NCBI GenBank assembly: GCA_963674745.2
Contig: CAXXDV010000003.1
Location: forward strand, 1,408,001 to 1,472,000
Direction: 5' to 3'
DNA: 64,000 nt
Origin: Desulfosudaceae bacterium
Lineage (GTDB): Bacteria; Desulfobacterota; Desulfobacteria; Desulfobacterales; Desulfosudaceae
Shown: positions 1-10,531 of the stretch, piece after piece
Layout of the letters: the number at the start of each line of letters is the position of its first letter
Numbering within the stretch: position 1 is the first letter of the stretch
Made by a program: the position numbers and the translations under genes
The notes under the pieces: model-generated
Told to the model about the DNA's origin: nothing
Database searches by the model: none
What the model saw: the letters and a program-made list of their open reading frames with translations, nothing else

Positions 1-1
1 T

Positions 2-3000
2 GCGGATAAATATGAACTGGTCCTGCGTCAAACCGCTTCCGACTTAGGATTTGATCCGGCTGTTAACCGGGAGGGAACGGAAGATGAGATTTTTTACTCT
101 ATTACCGCTTACAACCCGGACATGATGGGGCTGCAATTCAAGGTCATGGTCTATAAAAGCAAAAAGATCAAACAGGGTGTCTTGGAAATGGGCAATGCCT
201 TTATGCAAACAGCCAAAGCCCAGGCCGGTTCACTGCCCTCAAAATCCTCGTCCACACGGATCTTTGACGGAATCAGTGTAGAACAGGTGTCGTGGGCGCC
301 CCACAACTACAGCGGCCCAGTTACCGCCGGCGCCACGCTTAAAACCACCACCCTGACGGTAGAGCCCGATCCACTGATTGTTTTTTCGGTCCTGGTCCAG
401 GGCGATCGCAATCCCGACCCCTATATGTCGGCCTTGATCAAGAATCTTAAAAATGCCGGGCTGTTCGGACCGGTGGATGAAGGTGTGGCCTTTACGGTCC
501 AGGTCCGAAAAGACGGCTGGCTGCCTGTTGATCGGCCGGTGGCCACAGGCAATGCCTCCCCTTCCTCCATCACATTGACAGGGCGCGTACTGGACCCGGC
601 CGGGCAACCCGTCACCGGCGCGCGACTGCACATCCCGTCGCTAAACCTCTCGACTGACACCAACATGGATGGTTCGTTCCGGCTTTATACGGCAACCCAA
701 GGGAAAGACCCTTTTACACTGGATTTCAATATTACCATGCAGCAGCCCGTATCCGGCACACGGGTCACCATAACCGGGCCGGATTTTCAAACATTGCCGG
801 TGCCTTATAACACACAGTTAACCATTTCCGCGACTGACCGGAACGGCCAACCAATCTCAAAGGCGGCGGTCGGCCTGAACTGGACCATTCCCGGTTTTGT
901 CAGGGCCCCGGTAGCATCCACCATGCTCGACACCCTGGGGCAAGCGAAAATCCCCCTGGAAATCCATAGGCCGGGCCCCATAAACAGCAATGTTTTGGCC
1001 GCCGAAATGCTGACCGTCAAAGTGGAAGCCGTCGTCAAACCCCGGGACGGCGGCGAAACCGCCCGGGGCATCTATACCTCCCCGCTTAACCTGGCCCTGA
1101 TTTCAGGCTTGACTGTGGGGCCGGACATGCAGCCTCGAGAGGAAGCCGAAGCGCCCCGCATAACAGGGGTATCACAGAAAATGTGTGTCGACCGCTGGAA
1201 AGATGAAACCGGACGGTTCGGCATTTTGGTCCACCCGCTTCATCCGGTTTCTTTGAAACCCATGGACAACTGGGAGTTGTTCTGGAACGAGAACAACCAC
1301 CTGCCGCTCAATTATCCAATGGCAACAAGCCCCCAACCCGGTCAGGTTCTTGAAGTGGGAAAAATTGACGTGCTGACGCCCCAAGAACACATCCAACGAT
1401 TGACCGGCGTTTTAAAAGAATTCTGCTCTGCCATGGCGCTGACACCGACAGAACAGTCCGGCATTCAGAACGCCATTCTCAGGCTGGTGTTTCAGCCCGG
1501 TTCTTCAAATGATGTTCCCGTTTACCTGGACAACTATACGGATGATTCCGGAATTATCACCACACCCGGAAAAGCAGAAGCATACTGGGGCAACAACCTG
1601 AACGTGGGCGATGACCCGGCTTACCAGATCATTCCCCATGAGCTGGGTCATTTTGTCCACCATCATCTCGTCGAAAAGCACGCCTTCATCCATATGTGCT
1701 ACAACAAGCTGTCCACCGGAGATCATGAGACATGGAAAGTGCCGTCCACGGCACGATTCAAGGCCCCCTATCTGAGTTTTTCCGAAAACACCGCCGATTT
1801 CTTCGCCCTGGTATTCCGGAATTTCTGGGCGTCCCGTCACCCGGAAATCAAAGAGTCCCCTTATTTTATGCGGCCGGGGTACATGCCGGAGTTTAAAACA
1901 GACGAAAAGGCCATGGCGGTGGTCGGTTCCGGTACTCCCGGTTACCTGGTCGAAGGCGTACAAACACGTTTTCTGCGGGCGTTTTACGGCAACGCGGTAA
2001 ACACCCGGCCGGCGGTTGTCTTCAACGACTATCTCAACACCATGCTGCTTCACCTCGACCGGCAAAGCGGCTGGGCGGGCACCTTGACCAACCGGCCGGC
2101 ACGGACCATCTCCCAGTGGGTGCAGACCAAACAAAGTTTACCCAGAGGGCTCGGTTCTGCTGATGTCAGCGCCCTGGCAGGCCGGTACCGCCTGTTTGAG
2201 GGTGCCGAACCGGAACCGACCGCGACACCCGAATTCGGCAAAAAAGAGTCCCGCATCATCATCTATGGCCATAAAGAAGACTTCAGCGCTTTTCCGGTTG
2301 TGACGATTCCATTCAACCAGATTATCCAGGTCACGGCCGGGTTGATCAATATCGATCTCTCGGACGCGACCGTCACGCGCACACTGGTGGTTAAGGCCCC
2401 GGCCCGGATAAAACTGTACTCCCGCACCAGAATAAAGGTTTACATGGGAATGGTCGGTGCGGATTTTCCGATAGAAATCGAAACGCCGGGCGGCATTATC
2501 AAACCAACAGGCACCGTGGTCCAGGTTCATGTCGATGATCAGGAACAGACCGACGTGAGCACCCTGCACGGGAGTGTCCAGGTCACGTCAAACACCGGCC
2601 GGATTACATCTCTGGGTGCCGGGCAATCGATTCAAATGACCGCCGATGGCGCTTTTTCCGCTGTTAATGCCTTCAACCCGGAAGCGCGTCTGTCTGCGTT
2701 CCTGCCCGACCTGGAATTGCCCCCCCTCCCCCGGCAGGGATCCGGATCTTCGCCGGGATTAATCCTGAATCAAATTCAGGAGCGCATCAAAGACTTTCCC
2801 TGGACGAACCCGGACCGGGTCAGGGAAAGGATAAAAAACCTTCCCCGGTGGGCACTGCCGGCTGCGGCCCTGCTGGCCGCCATCCTGGGAGCCATTTCGC
2901 TATGGCTGATTCGACGCCTGCTGATTGCACTGGTTGTCGGGCCCGTAATGACCATCATCGTGGCCGGTATCGGCTGGGCCATTATTACCGGCAACGCCCT

Positions 3001-3433
3001 GGACATCACAGCCTTTTTCCGGTTCCTGCTGTCTCCGTTATCGGCCTGGCAGAACGCCGGGCAGGGATTACCGGCCGTGGCCTGGCTGGCCGGCGGCCTG
3101 GCTGGCGGAATGATTGTGGGCAGACGGATTCAAAGTCTTGTTGCCGGGCTGCTGATCCCGATCATTCCCTGGCTGCTGATTCAGCAACCGCTTAAAATTT
3201 CTGACATCGGCAGTGGTCAGGAAGTCCAAATTCTGAAGAAAGCTGTCATGGCCGCCCCCAAAGACCTGATGGTGGTACTGGCAGCAACGGCCCTGGGCGC
3301 ATTTCTGGGGGGACTGATACTTCCCCGCCGTAAGAAAGCAAAAAGATCCCGAAGGCGCAGCAGCCGGCATCATTATGATGACAACTATGATGATGACCTG
3401 GATGATCCGGGCGGTTTTGACGGAGATGATTAG
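2..3433 (+). CDS. Large membrane-anchored protein, 5'-truncated: Ig/carboxypeptidase-regulatory-like domains, HExxH zincin domain, FecR-like domain, C-terminal TM bundle, acidic tail
   Basis: Frame is open from position 2 (ADKYELVLRQ...) into ORF 122..3433. Motifs: ITLTGRVLDPAGQPVTGA...TDTNMDGSF; IIPHELGHFVHH plus downstream FSENTADF; IETPGGIIKPTGTVVQV...TLHGSVQV; several hydrophobic helices near the C-terminus. Confidence 0.75.
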   Translation, partial: ADKYELVLRQTASDLGFDPAVNREGTEDEIFYSITAYNPDMMGLQFKVMVYKSKKIKQGVLEMGNAFMQTAKAQAGSLPSKSSSTRIFDGISVEQVSWAPHNYSGPVTAGATLKTTTLTVEPDPLIVFSVLVQGDRNPDPYMSALIKNLKNAGLFGPVDEGVAFTVQVRKDGWLPVDRPVATGNASPSSITLTGRVLDPAGQPVTGARLHIPSLNLSTDTNMDGSFRLYTATQGKDPFTLDFNITMQQPVSGTRVTITGPDFQTLPVPYNTQLTISATDRNGQPISKAAVGLNWTIPGFVRAPVASTMLDTLGQAKIPLEIHRPGPINSNVLAAEMLTVKVEAVVKPRDGGETARGIYTSPLNLALISGLTVGPDMQPREEAEAPRITGVSQKMCVDRWKDETGRFGILVHPLHPVSLKPMDNWELFWNENNHLPLNYPMATSPQPGQVLEVGKIDVLTPQEHIQRLTGVLKEFCSAMALTPTEQSGIQNAILRLVFQPGSSNDVPVYLDNYTDDSGIITTPGKAEAYWGNNLNVGDDPAYQIIPHELGHFVHHHLVEKHAFIHMCYNKLSTGDHETWKVPSTARFKAPYLSFSENTADFFALVFRNFWASRHPEIKESPYFMRPGYMPEFKTDEKAMAVVGSGTPGYLVEGVQTRFLRAFYGNAVNTRPAVVFNDYLNTMLLHLDRQSGWAGTLTNRPARTISQWVQTKQSLPRGLGSADVSALAGRYRLFEGAEPEPTATPEFGKKESRIIIYGHKEDFSAFPVVTIPFNQIIQVTAGLINIDLSDATVTRTLVVKAPARIKLYSRTRIKVYMGMVGADFPIEIETPGGIIKPTGTVVQVHVDDQEQTDVSTLHGSVQVTSNTGRITSLGAGQSIQMTADGAFSAVNAFNPEARLSAFLPDLELPPLPRQGSGSSPGLILNQIQERIKDFPWTNPDRVRERIKNLPRWALPAAALLAAILGAISLWLIRRLLIALVVGPVMTIIVAGIGWAIITGNALDITAFFRFLLSPLSAWQNAGQGLPAVAWLAGGLAGGMIVGRRIQSLVAGLLIPIIPWLLIQQPLKISDIGSGQEVQILKKAVMAAPKDLMVVLAATALGAFLGGLILPRRKKAKRSRRRSSRHHYDDNYDDDLDDPGGFDGDD

Positions 3434-3455
3434 ATATATCATGAGGGGGTTTTAA

Positions 3456-4814
3456 ATGCTGGAAACATTGAATTCCATCAGCGGTTTTGTGTGGGGACCC
3501 ATAACAATTGTTTTACTGGTCGGGACAGGGATTTTTATTACACTTCTTTGCCGGGTGATTCAGGTTCGAAAATTCTTTTATGCCTGGCGACTTATTTCCG
3601 GCAAGTTTGACAACCCTGATGACAAGGGGGAGATCACCCACTTCCAGGCGCTGTCGGCCGCTTTGTCTGCTACCCTGGGAACCGGTAATATTGCCGGTGT
3701 GGGTACGGCCATCGCCCTGGGCGGGCCCGGAGCGGTCTTCTGGATGTGGATTACCGCCATTTTCGGTATGTCCCTGAAATACGGCGAATGCCTGCTGTCT
3801 CTCAAATACCGGGTAATCCATCCTGACGGCGTTGTCGGTGCGGGTCCCATGTATTACCTGGAAAAAGGGCTGAAACAGAAATGGCTGGGTGTGCTTTTCG
3901 CCTTTTTTGCGGCCATTGCTTCTTTCGGAATCGGAAACATGGTCCAGGCCAATTCCGTGGCCGAACCGGTGGAAACCTATTTCGGCATCCCCAAGATCGT
4001 TACCGGCCTGGTTATCGGCGGCCTGGTTTTTCTGGTTATTGTCGGCGGCATTAAAAGAATCGGTCAGGTAGCCAGCAAAATGGTGCCTTTTATGACCGTC
4101 TTTTACGTGCTGGGATGCCTGGTAATCATCATCCTCAATATCAAAACGATTCCCCACGCATTTTCCCTGATATTTCACGACGCCTTTACCGGCACGGCCG
4201 CTGCCGGCGGTTTCGCCGGGGCCACCCTGGCCCAGGCGATTCGTTTCGGTGTCGCCAGAGGCGTATTTTCCAATGAGTCCGGCCTGGGAAGCGCACCCAT
4301 TGCGCATGGTGCGGCCAGGACCAAAGAACCGGTCAGGGAAGGCCTGGTGGCCATGCTGGGGCCGTTTATCGACACAATTGTCGTATGCACCATGACCGCC
4401 CTGGTAATCGTGCTGACCGGTGCTTTTGAAAGCGGCACCACCGGAGCCGACCTGACCGCCAAAGCCTTCAACCTCGGCCTGCCCGGACCCGGCGGCTTCA
4501 TTGTGGCCTTCGGTATCATCTTTTTCGCCTTCTCGACGGCCATCAGCTGGTCCTATTATGGCGATCGCTGTGTGGATTATCTGCTGGGTGAAAAAATGGT
4601 CATGCCCTACCGGGTGCTGTTCTGTATTTTGTTGCCGGTGGGCGCCTATATCAAACTGGAAACGGTCTGGCTGATCTCGGATATTTTTAACGCCCTCATG
4701 GCCTGGCCCAACCTGATCGGTCTGATTTTATTAAGCCCGGTAATCATTAAATCGACCAAAGAATATTTCAGTGATCCTTCCCGGGTATCTCCACCGGACA
4801 GAACCCGTTCATAA
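3456..4814 (+). CDS. Sodium:alanine/glycine symporter (AGCS family)
   Basis: FQALSAALSATLGTGNIAGV, GGPGAVFWMW, GPMYYLEKGL and RGVFSNESGLGSAPIAH signatures; RBS GAGG upstream. Confidence 0.95.
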   Translation: MLETLNSISGFVWGPITIVLLVGTGIFITLLCRVIQVRKFFYAWRLISGKFDNPDDKGEITHFQALSAALSATLGTGNIAGVGTAIALGGPGAVFWMWITAIFGMSLKYGECLLSLKYRVIHPDGVVGAGPMYYLEKGLKQKWLGVLFAFFAAIASFGIGNMVQANSVAEPVETYFGIPKIVTGLVIGGLVFLVIVGGIKRIGQVASKMVPFMTVFYVLGCLVIIILNIKTIPHAFSLIFHDAFTGTAAAGGFAGATLAQAIRFGVARGVFSNESGLGSAPIAHGAARTKEPVREGLVAMLGPFIDTIVVCTMTALVIVLTGAFESGTTGADLTAKAFNLGLPGPGGFIVAFGIIFFAFSTAISWSYYGDRCVDYLLGEKMVMPYRVLFCILLPVGAYIKLETVWLISDIFNALMAWPNLIGLILLSPVIIKSTKEYFSDPSRVSPPDRTRS

Positions 4815-4869
4815 TGTGCTATTAGCCGGGAAAATAATTGCAAACGCCCCTAAAGGTGCGCCTTGAGCG

Positions 4870-5379
4870 TCAGCGACCGTTGGCAACGCCGGAAACGGGT
4901 CGGGGATGCCGTTTCAAGTAAGATCTCAAAGCACTTCGTGAGGCCCGATCTACAAGCGAAAAAATTTCATCAATACGATGCCGGCAACCCGACGGCATAT
5001 GCCCGCTTAACAGATGAAACTGTATATCAAACTTCTCGGTGCAATCGAAAAATGCTTTATAAAGCGCGTGATTTTTTATCCGTCGCCCTTTGTTCGAACA
5101 GTATTGATTCTTTACCAGTCTGTCCTTCCGGAAAAGCAACCCTGCAATATTCTGAGAATCAGTGTAAGCGACGATCTTTCTTTCAGATATTTCAGACAAT
5201 GCCCAGAGCAGTGTCTGCAGTTCCAGCTTAGTGGATGATGTGTTTTCAAAACGTTTGGTCTTAATCAGATCGCTCAGCACGCTGATATTCTCAGGCGCGT
5301 TGGTAAATGCCAGATATGCGCCAAAGCCAATGCCTTGCCTGGGGCTCACACTACCGTCGGAAAACAGAAAAAGATTCAT
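4870..5379 (-). CDS. Ribonuclease HI-like protein
   Basis: FSDGS...GFGAY, TKLELQTLLWAL, YTDSQ, LSGH, VDRASR give the D-E-D-D catalytic pattern. Start placed at MNLFLFSDG (5379) rather than 5451. Confidence 0.85.
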   Translation of the reverse strand: MNLFLFSDGSVSPRQGIGFGAYLAFTNAPENISVLSDLIKTKRFENTSSTKLELQTLLWALSEISERKIVAYTDSQNIAGLLFRKDRLVKNQYCSNKGRRIKNHALYKAFFDCTEKFDIQFHLLSGHMPSGCRHRIDEIFSLVDRASRSALRSYLKRHPRPVSGVANGR

Positions 5380-5664
5380 AAAAAAATTAATGATGATTAT
5401 TAATAAGTGGGGCCTATCCCTAAGAATGTGTTTTAAGGCTTGATATATCACTTTATGCTATCACCTACTGCAGTCCAAGCAAAAAGAACGGTTTAAAACG
5501 AAAACCGTGAAACCTTCCGCCCCATAAAACGCCTGCCCTTTGCGGAAAATTGACGGGTTTGCAGTATGTGATAAGGATTGAAATCTAAGGCAAAATTTGG
5601 TATTATTTAAAAATTAACTTAACAGCAGCCTGCAATTCCCTTTTTACCAAAAAGTTGATAGGTG

Positions 5665-7848
5665 ATGAAAAAGACTTTTCAAAACAGAACCAGGCCCTGT
5701 TTCCTTATCATCACCGTTATATCTCTGTTTGCTGTTTATGCCGATTTGAGTGGTTTTTATGGCACCTGGGAGCGGCAAACCATTGACATGAGAACCCGCC
5801 TGATCAGAAAAGACACCCCCCTGCCCCCGAAAATAGCCATAATTGTGGTTGATGAAGCATCCCTCAATTATGTCAACTATATCGCCGGGCGATGGCCATG
5901 GCCGAGAAGCATCCATGCGGATCTTATTGAAGCGTTAACGCAATGGGGAGCTGAGAATATCGTTATTGACTATCTGTTTACGGAAAATCAGTTTGATACC
6001 GATACATCCAGCAGCGAGCTTGGTGCTGACGATACCCGGCTGTCTGCAGCCACCGCTGCTGCCGGCAATGTCTTTCATGCCGTTCAGCTGGTCGAGGATA
6101 CGGAAGATGAAGTCAACAAAACCCAGTTGGACCGTGATATGCCGGATGATTTTCTTAACACTTTTGCCGTGGATGTGACAACCGACACCGTTTACGCCGG
6201 TTACAACAACTATTATCTTCCCTTCCCGTCACTGTATCAGGCGGCCAAAGGCATCGGCGTGATCACATTCGACCCCGATCGGGACGGTGTTCTGCGTGAA
6301 GAGCGGCTCTTGTTCAATTATAAGGGGCGTTATTTCCCGGGCCTTTCCCTGTCCCCGGTATTAAGCGGATATGCAAATGAGAAGATCATCCAGACGGATA
6401 AAGCGCTTCATCTTCCCGATGTGATAATCCCGTTACGGGACAAACAGTATTATGTCAATATGTACGGTCAATATGATAATAATGTCTATTCCTATGGCGG
6501 CGCACTGGTAACCATCGGAAAGCTTCATGACGGAATTCTTGATGATCTGCCCGTCAGGCCGGAAGAGTTTGATGGCAAAACCGTGTTTGTCGGGGCGGCC
6601 GCTGTCGGAGTGGAAGATTTGAAACATACGTCCATTGCCACCAAAACCCCCGGGGTATTTCTGCACGCGTCTATTTTCGGTAATATTATTACCCGGGACT
6701 TTTTGCTGTTTGTTTCCCGTCCCCTGTCTCTGGCCGTCATCTTCCTGCTGGTTATCGTGACCGTGATGCCGATTTTTTATATTAAAAAAGTTTTTGCCCA
6801 GGTGCTCATTCCCCTTTCCGCCATCTCTCTGTACCTTGTGACTGCTTTGGCGGTGTTTAAAAGCAATACCGTTGTGATGATGATCAACCCCTTGTTCTCG
6901 TTTGTCGGTGCCTATATTCTCAGCTTTACGTATATCGGCCTGACCGAAGGCCGGGACAAACGCAAAATCAAAAACATCCTGGGCCAGTATGTCTCCCCCG
7001 ACATGCTCAACGAGGTACTGGAAAAGCACAAGGACGATTACTTCAAGGCGGAAGTCGGCACCAGGGAAGAGCTGACCATGTTTTTCTCTGATATCCGCGG
7101 CTTTACGTCCCTGTCCGAAAAGCTCAGGGAAGAACAGGTGGTGGAAATGCTTAACGCTTACCTGTCACGCATGGTCAACATTATTCATGAAAATGAAGGG
7201 ACCCTGGATAAATTCATCGGTGACGCGGTGGTCGCCTTCTGGGGCGCGCCTTTGCCTCATGACGACGATCACTACCGGGCCGTGAAATCGGCCCTGGAGA
7301 TGCTGGACTCCCTGGAAGGGATTAACCGCTACAACCGGAAAAACGACCTCCCCGAACTGGCCATCGGGATCGGCATCCATACCGGCAGCGTCATCCTCGG
7401 CAATATCGGTTCCGAGAAAAAACTGGACTACACGGTTATCGGCGACAATGTCAATCTCACCTCACGTCTTGAAGGGTTGACCAAAGGCTATCAATGCCGG
7501 GTTATAATATCCGGGGAGACGTATCAGCATGTTAAAGACAAAGTGCTTTGCCGAATCGTCGATTATGTGGTGGTCAAGGGGAAAAACAAACCGATCATGA
7601 TTTATTCGGTCCTGTGCCATCGTGAAGCAGCAACTCAGGAAGATATGGACGTTGCCTTCTTTTCGCTTCAGGCGTTTGAATTTTATCAAAAAAAACAATT
7701 CACCGATGCCATTGCCTGTTATGAAAAAATTTTAAAGATCAGGCCGGAAGATTATCTGGCGAACATGTTTATAGAACGTATCAGAGGGCATATGACGTCC
7801 CCGCCGCCGGACGACTGGGACGGGGCCTTTATTCAGACAACCAAATAA
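5665..7848 (+). CDS. CHASE2-domain class III adenylate cyclase with C-terminal TPR-like helices
   Basis: IVVDEASL...RWPWPRSIHA and TPGVFLHA (CHASE2); three TM helices; FFSDIRGFTSLSE, DKFIGDAVVAFWGAP, DYTVIGDNVNLTSRLE. Confidence 0.93.
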   Translation: MKKTFQNRTRPCFLIITVISLFAVYADLSGFYGTWERQTIDMRTRLIRKDTPLPPKIAIIVVDEASLNYVNYIAGRWPWPRSIHADLIEALTQWGAENIVIDYLFTENQFDTDTSSSELGADDTRLSAATAAAGNVFHAVQLVEDTEDEVNKTQLDRDMPDDFLNTFAVDVTTDTVYAGYNNYYLPFPSLYQAAKGIGVITFDPDRDGVLREERLLFNYKGRYFPGLSLSPVLSGYANEKIIQTDKALHLPDVIIPLRDKQYYVNMYGQYDNNVYSYGGALVTIGKLHDGILDDLPVRPEEFDGKTVFVGAAAVGVEDLKHTSIATKTPGVFLHASIFGNIITRDFLLFVSRPLSLAVIFLLVIVTVMPIFYIKKVFAQVLIPLSAISLYLVTALAVFKSNTVVMMINPLFSFVGAYILSFTYIGLTEGRDKRKIKNILGQYVSPDMLNEVLEKHKDDYFKAEVGTREELTMFFSDIRGFTSLSEKLREEQVVEMLNAYLSRMVNIIHENEGTLDKFIGDAVVAFWGAPLPHDDDHYRAVKSALEMLDSLEGINRYNRKNDLPELAIGIGIHTGSVILGNIGSEKKLDYTVIGDNVNLTSRLEGLTKGYQCRVIISGETYQHVKDKVLCRIVDYVVVKGKNKPIMIYSVLCHREAATQEDMDVAFFSLQAFEFYQKKQFTDAIACYEKILKIRPEDYLANMFIERIRGHMTSPPPDDWDGAFIQTTK

Positions 7849-7877
7849 TTCGATAAAAACAAGGAGCAAACTGTTTT

Positions 7878-8375
7878 ATGCCAAGAAAAACGCTGATGTT
7901 TCTTATTTGCGCACTTGTTGTCCCGGCAGTTGTTTCGGCTTATGACCTGTATGTCAAAAGCGTCAAAGCGCCGGTATATGCCATGCCGGATACGGCTTCA
8001 GGCCTCATGGTCACATATGAGAAAGGAACGAAACTGGCCGGGGTTGAGAACAAGGGCAACTGGCATATGATCAGGGTAAAAGATGGCACCGGCTGGGTAT
8101 ACCGGTTTCTGGTCGGCGACAAGCCGCCCCTGAACGCCGAAGAAAACGATGCCCTGATCAATCAGTACAAAACGTTTTCCTCCAAAGCCAGGCGGCGGCC
8201 GTCATCTTACACGGCGGCGGCGGCGGCAAGAGGGCTCAGGGAAAAACGCAAACGTTTTGCTGAAAAATACAACCTTGACTATAAAACACTGGAAAAAGTT
8301 GAAGCGGTTCAGATTTCCGAGGCCGAACTGATGTCATTCATCAAACAGGGGATTGAAAATGCGCACAAGGATTAA
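7878..8375 (+). CDS. Exported SH3b-like domain protein
   Basis: Signal peptide (AVVSA|Y); KGTKL...KGNWHMIRVKDGTGWVY; C-terminal TAAAAARGL; RBS AAGGAG. Confidence 0.75.
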   Translation: MPRKTLMFLICALVVPAVVSAYDLYVKSVKAPVYAMPDTASGLMVTYEKGTKLAGVENKGNWHMIRVKDGTGWVYRFLVGDKPPLNAEENDALINQYKTFSSKARRRPSSYTAAAAARGLREKRKRFAEKYNLDYKTLEKVEAVQISEAELMSFIKQGIENAHKD

Positions 8376-9192
8376 TGTCGTTCTCTTTATTTTAATATTC
8401 GCTCTTTTGACCGTAAGCTTCGTTTTCGCGGGTGAAGGGAGAAGGCGGCTGTCCGCCCTTGATGAAAATTATGATGACCAGAGCGATCTGGAAGCGGAAA
8501 TCAGTTTCGGCCGGGACCTGGCCGCCAGGATTCTTGGTAACTACACGCTCCTGGACAATGTCGGGGTCAATCACTATGTCAACCTGGTGGGAAACGCCGT
8601 AGCCCTCTATTCCGGAAGACCGGAGTTGAAATTCCATTTTGCCGTTCTGGATGCCGGTGAATGCAATGCTTTCGCCGCCCCGGGAGGCTATGTGTTCATC
8701 ACCCGGGGGGCCCTCGATCTCATGGAGAACGAGGCGCAACTGGCGGGTGTGCTGTCCCATGAAATTGCCCATATCACTGAAAAACACATCGTCAAAGAGC
8801 TCAATATCCGGGGAGCGGACGATTCGATCACCGCTGGTCTGGCCAACCTGATCGGGGGATCTACTGACACCATGCGAAAAACGCTGGAGCAGGCGCTGGA
8901 AACAGCCGCTGATATCCTTTTTAACCGGGGTTATAAAATCAAAGATGAACTGGAAGCCGATCAGATCGGCATCCTCATGTCTGCCGTGGCGGGATATAGC
9001 CCAGACGGACTGAAAAATTTTCTGTCCAAAGTCAAACACTTTGAGCCCGAAGACGCCACCTATAAAAACAAAGAACACCCCATGCATATGGTACGCCTTG
9101 AAACAATTGATCAGACCATAAAGATAAACGGCCTGACCCAAAACCTTAACGCCACGATGAAAGGGAGGTTTAATGAACACATCAACCCTTAA
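8359..9192 (+). CDS. M48-family zinc metallopeptidase (BepA-like catalytic domain only)
   Basis: NAFAAPGGYVFITRGAL, EAQLAGVLSHEIAH, ELEADQIG, EHP; signal peptide; overlaps both neighbours. Confidence 0.92.
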   Translation: MRTRINVVLFILIFALLTVSFVFAGEGRRRLSALDENYDDQSDLEAEISFGRDLAARILGNYTLLDNVGVNHYVNLVGNAVALYSGRPELKFHFAVLDAGECNAFAAPGGYVFITRGALDLMENEAQLAGVLSHEIAHITEKHIVKELNIRGADDSITAGLANLIGGSTDTMRKTLEQALETAADILFNRGYKIKDELEADQIGILMSAVAGYSPDGLKNFLSKVKHFEPEDATYKNKEHPMHMVRLETIDQTIKINGLTQNLNATMKGRFNEHINP

Positions 9193-10456
9193 ATATCTGT
9201 TGATATTACTGGTCTTTCTGGTACCGAACAGCGTACTGGCCGACGACTTTCATTATGTCAATATGATCGTGGGAAACAGAGCCGCCGGTTTGGGCGGGGC
9301 ATACAGCGCCGTCTCCGATGACCCTTCCGGGTGTTATTACAACCCGGCCGGCATCGCCTTTGCGCCGGAAATGAGCCTTTCGGCCAGTGTCAATGTTTTC
9401 GGTACGTCGGAAAAAACCTACAAGGACGTGCTTACCAGGGTGAACGGCGGTAAGCTTGACTGGAAGCAGGAATCGTCCAGCCTGTTACCCAACTACTTCG
9501 GTGTTGTCCGAAAGATCGGCCGTGGCAGGCTCGGTTTGTCATATGCGGTTCCGGATTCGACCCACCGCCGGCAGAAACAGTACTTCAAAGACATTGCCAC
9601 TGTTTATGAAGACAATCCGGTCGAGTCCTATCTGATTCACATCAACGACAGTGACAAGGAATACCTGTTCGGCCCCTCCTATGCCATGTCGCTGTCCGAC
9701 TCCTTGTCGGTGGGCGCGACCATGTATTTTTATTACCGGGACATGGAAATCATCCGCAGCCAGCTGCTGCAGTTTCAACAGGGGGAACATTATTTTATTA
9801 ATTACTACAAAACCCGTAAAGATCGGGGCATTAAACCGATCCTGGGGCTGATCTGGGAACCCTATGATACGGTCGCCATCGGTCTTTCGGTCTCACAAAC
9901 GATTATTCTCGACAACGATACCCATACCACCGATATCTTCCGTGAAACCATTTCCGGCGGCTTTACCCTGGTTGACGGACAGGAATACGATTTTTCCGAC
10001 ACCGACAGTATTCACTTCCAGAGCCAGGACCAGGATAACAAGGAAGATTATCCCTGGTCCGGTTCACTCGGACTGGCCTGGTTTGTTTCCCCGAGCCTCC
10101 TGTTCACCGGGGACATCACCTTTCACGGCTCAGAAAAGGATAAAGAATCCGTGGTCAATTTTGCCCTTGGTACAGAATATTATTTTTCACGCAATCTGGC
10201 CTGGCGATGCGGCCTGTATACCGACTTTGCCAATACGGACAAGATATCGGACGGTGACACCAACCAGAAAGAGAATATTGATGTTTACGGCTTGAACACC
10301 AGCCTGACATTGTTCCACAAGCTGTCCAACATCACCATGGGTGTGTCCTACGGATACGGAAAAGGCGAGGCCCAGATGATAACCGACAGCACATTGATTC
10401 AGGACGCGGAAATCGAAAACATCTCCTTCTATCTGTCGGCCGCATACAAATATTGA
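9173..10456 (+). CDS. OmpP1/FadL-like outer-membrane beta-barrel
   Basis: GNRAAGLGGAYSAVSDDPSGCYYNPAGI N-terminal signature; C-terminal beta-signal FYLSAAYKY. Confidence 0.85.
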   Translation: MNTSTLKYLLILLVFLVPNSVLADDFHYVNMIVGNRAAGLGGAYSAVSDDPSGCYYNPAGIAFAPEMSLSASVNVFGTSEKTYKDVLTRVNGGKLDWKQESSSLLPNYFGVVRKIGRGRLGLSYAVPDSTHRRQKQYFKDIATVYEDNPVESYLIHINDSDKEYLFGPSYAMSLSDSLSVGATMYFYYRDMEIIRSQLLQFQQGEHYFINYYKTRKDRGIKPILGLIWEPYDTVAIGLSVSQTIILDNDTHTTDIFRETISGGFTLVDGQEYDFSDTDSIHFQSQDQDNKEDYPWSGSLGLAWFVSPSLLFTGDITFHGSEKDKESVVNFALGTEYYFSRNLAWRCGLYTDFANTDKISDGDTNQKENIDVYGLNTSLTLFHKLSNITMGVSYGYGKGEAQMITDSTLIQDAEIENISFYLSAAYKY

Positions 10457-10531
10457 TGGACTTGCAAATAATCAGTAACCGGATGGCATCCATACTGACA
10501 AGGCAATCAACATTCTCTCAAAGGAGAAAAC

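Noticed and set aside
4870..5379. RNase H as part of a retroelement or defence system
   Set aside because: No reverse transcriptase or defence gene nearby; it looks like a stand-alone RNase HI.
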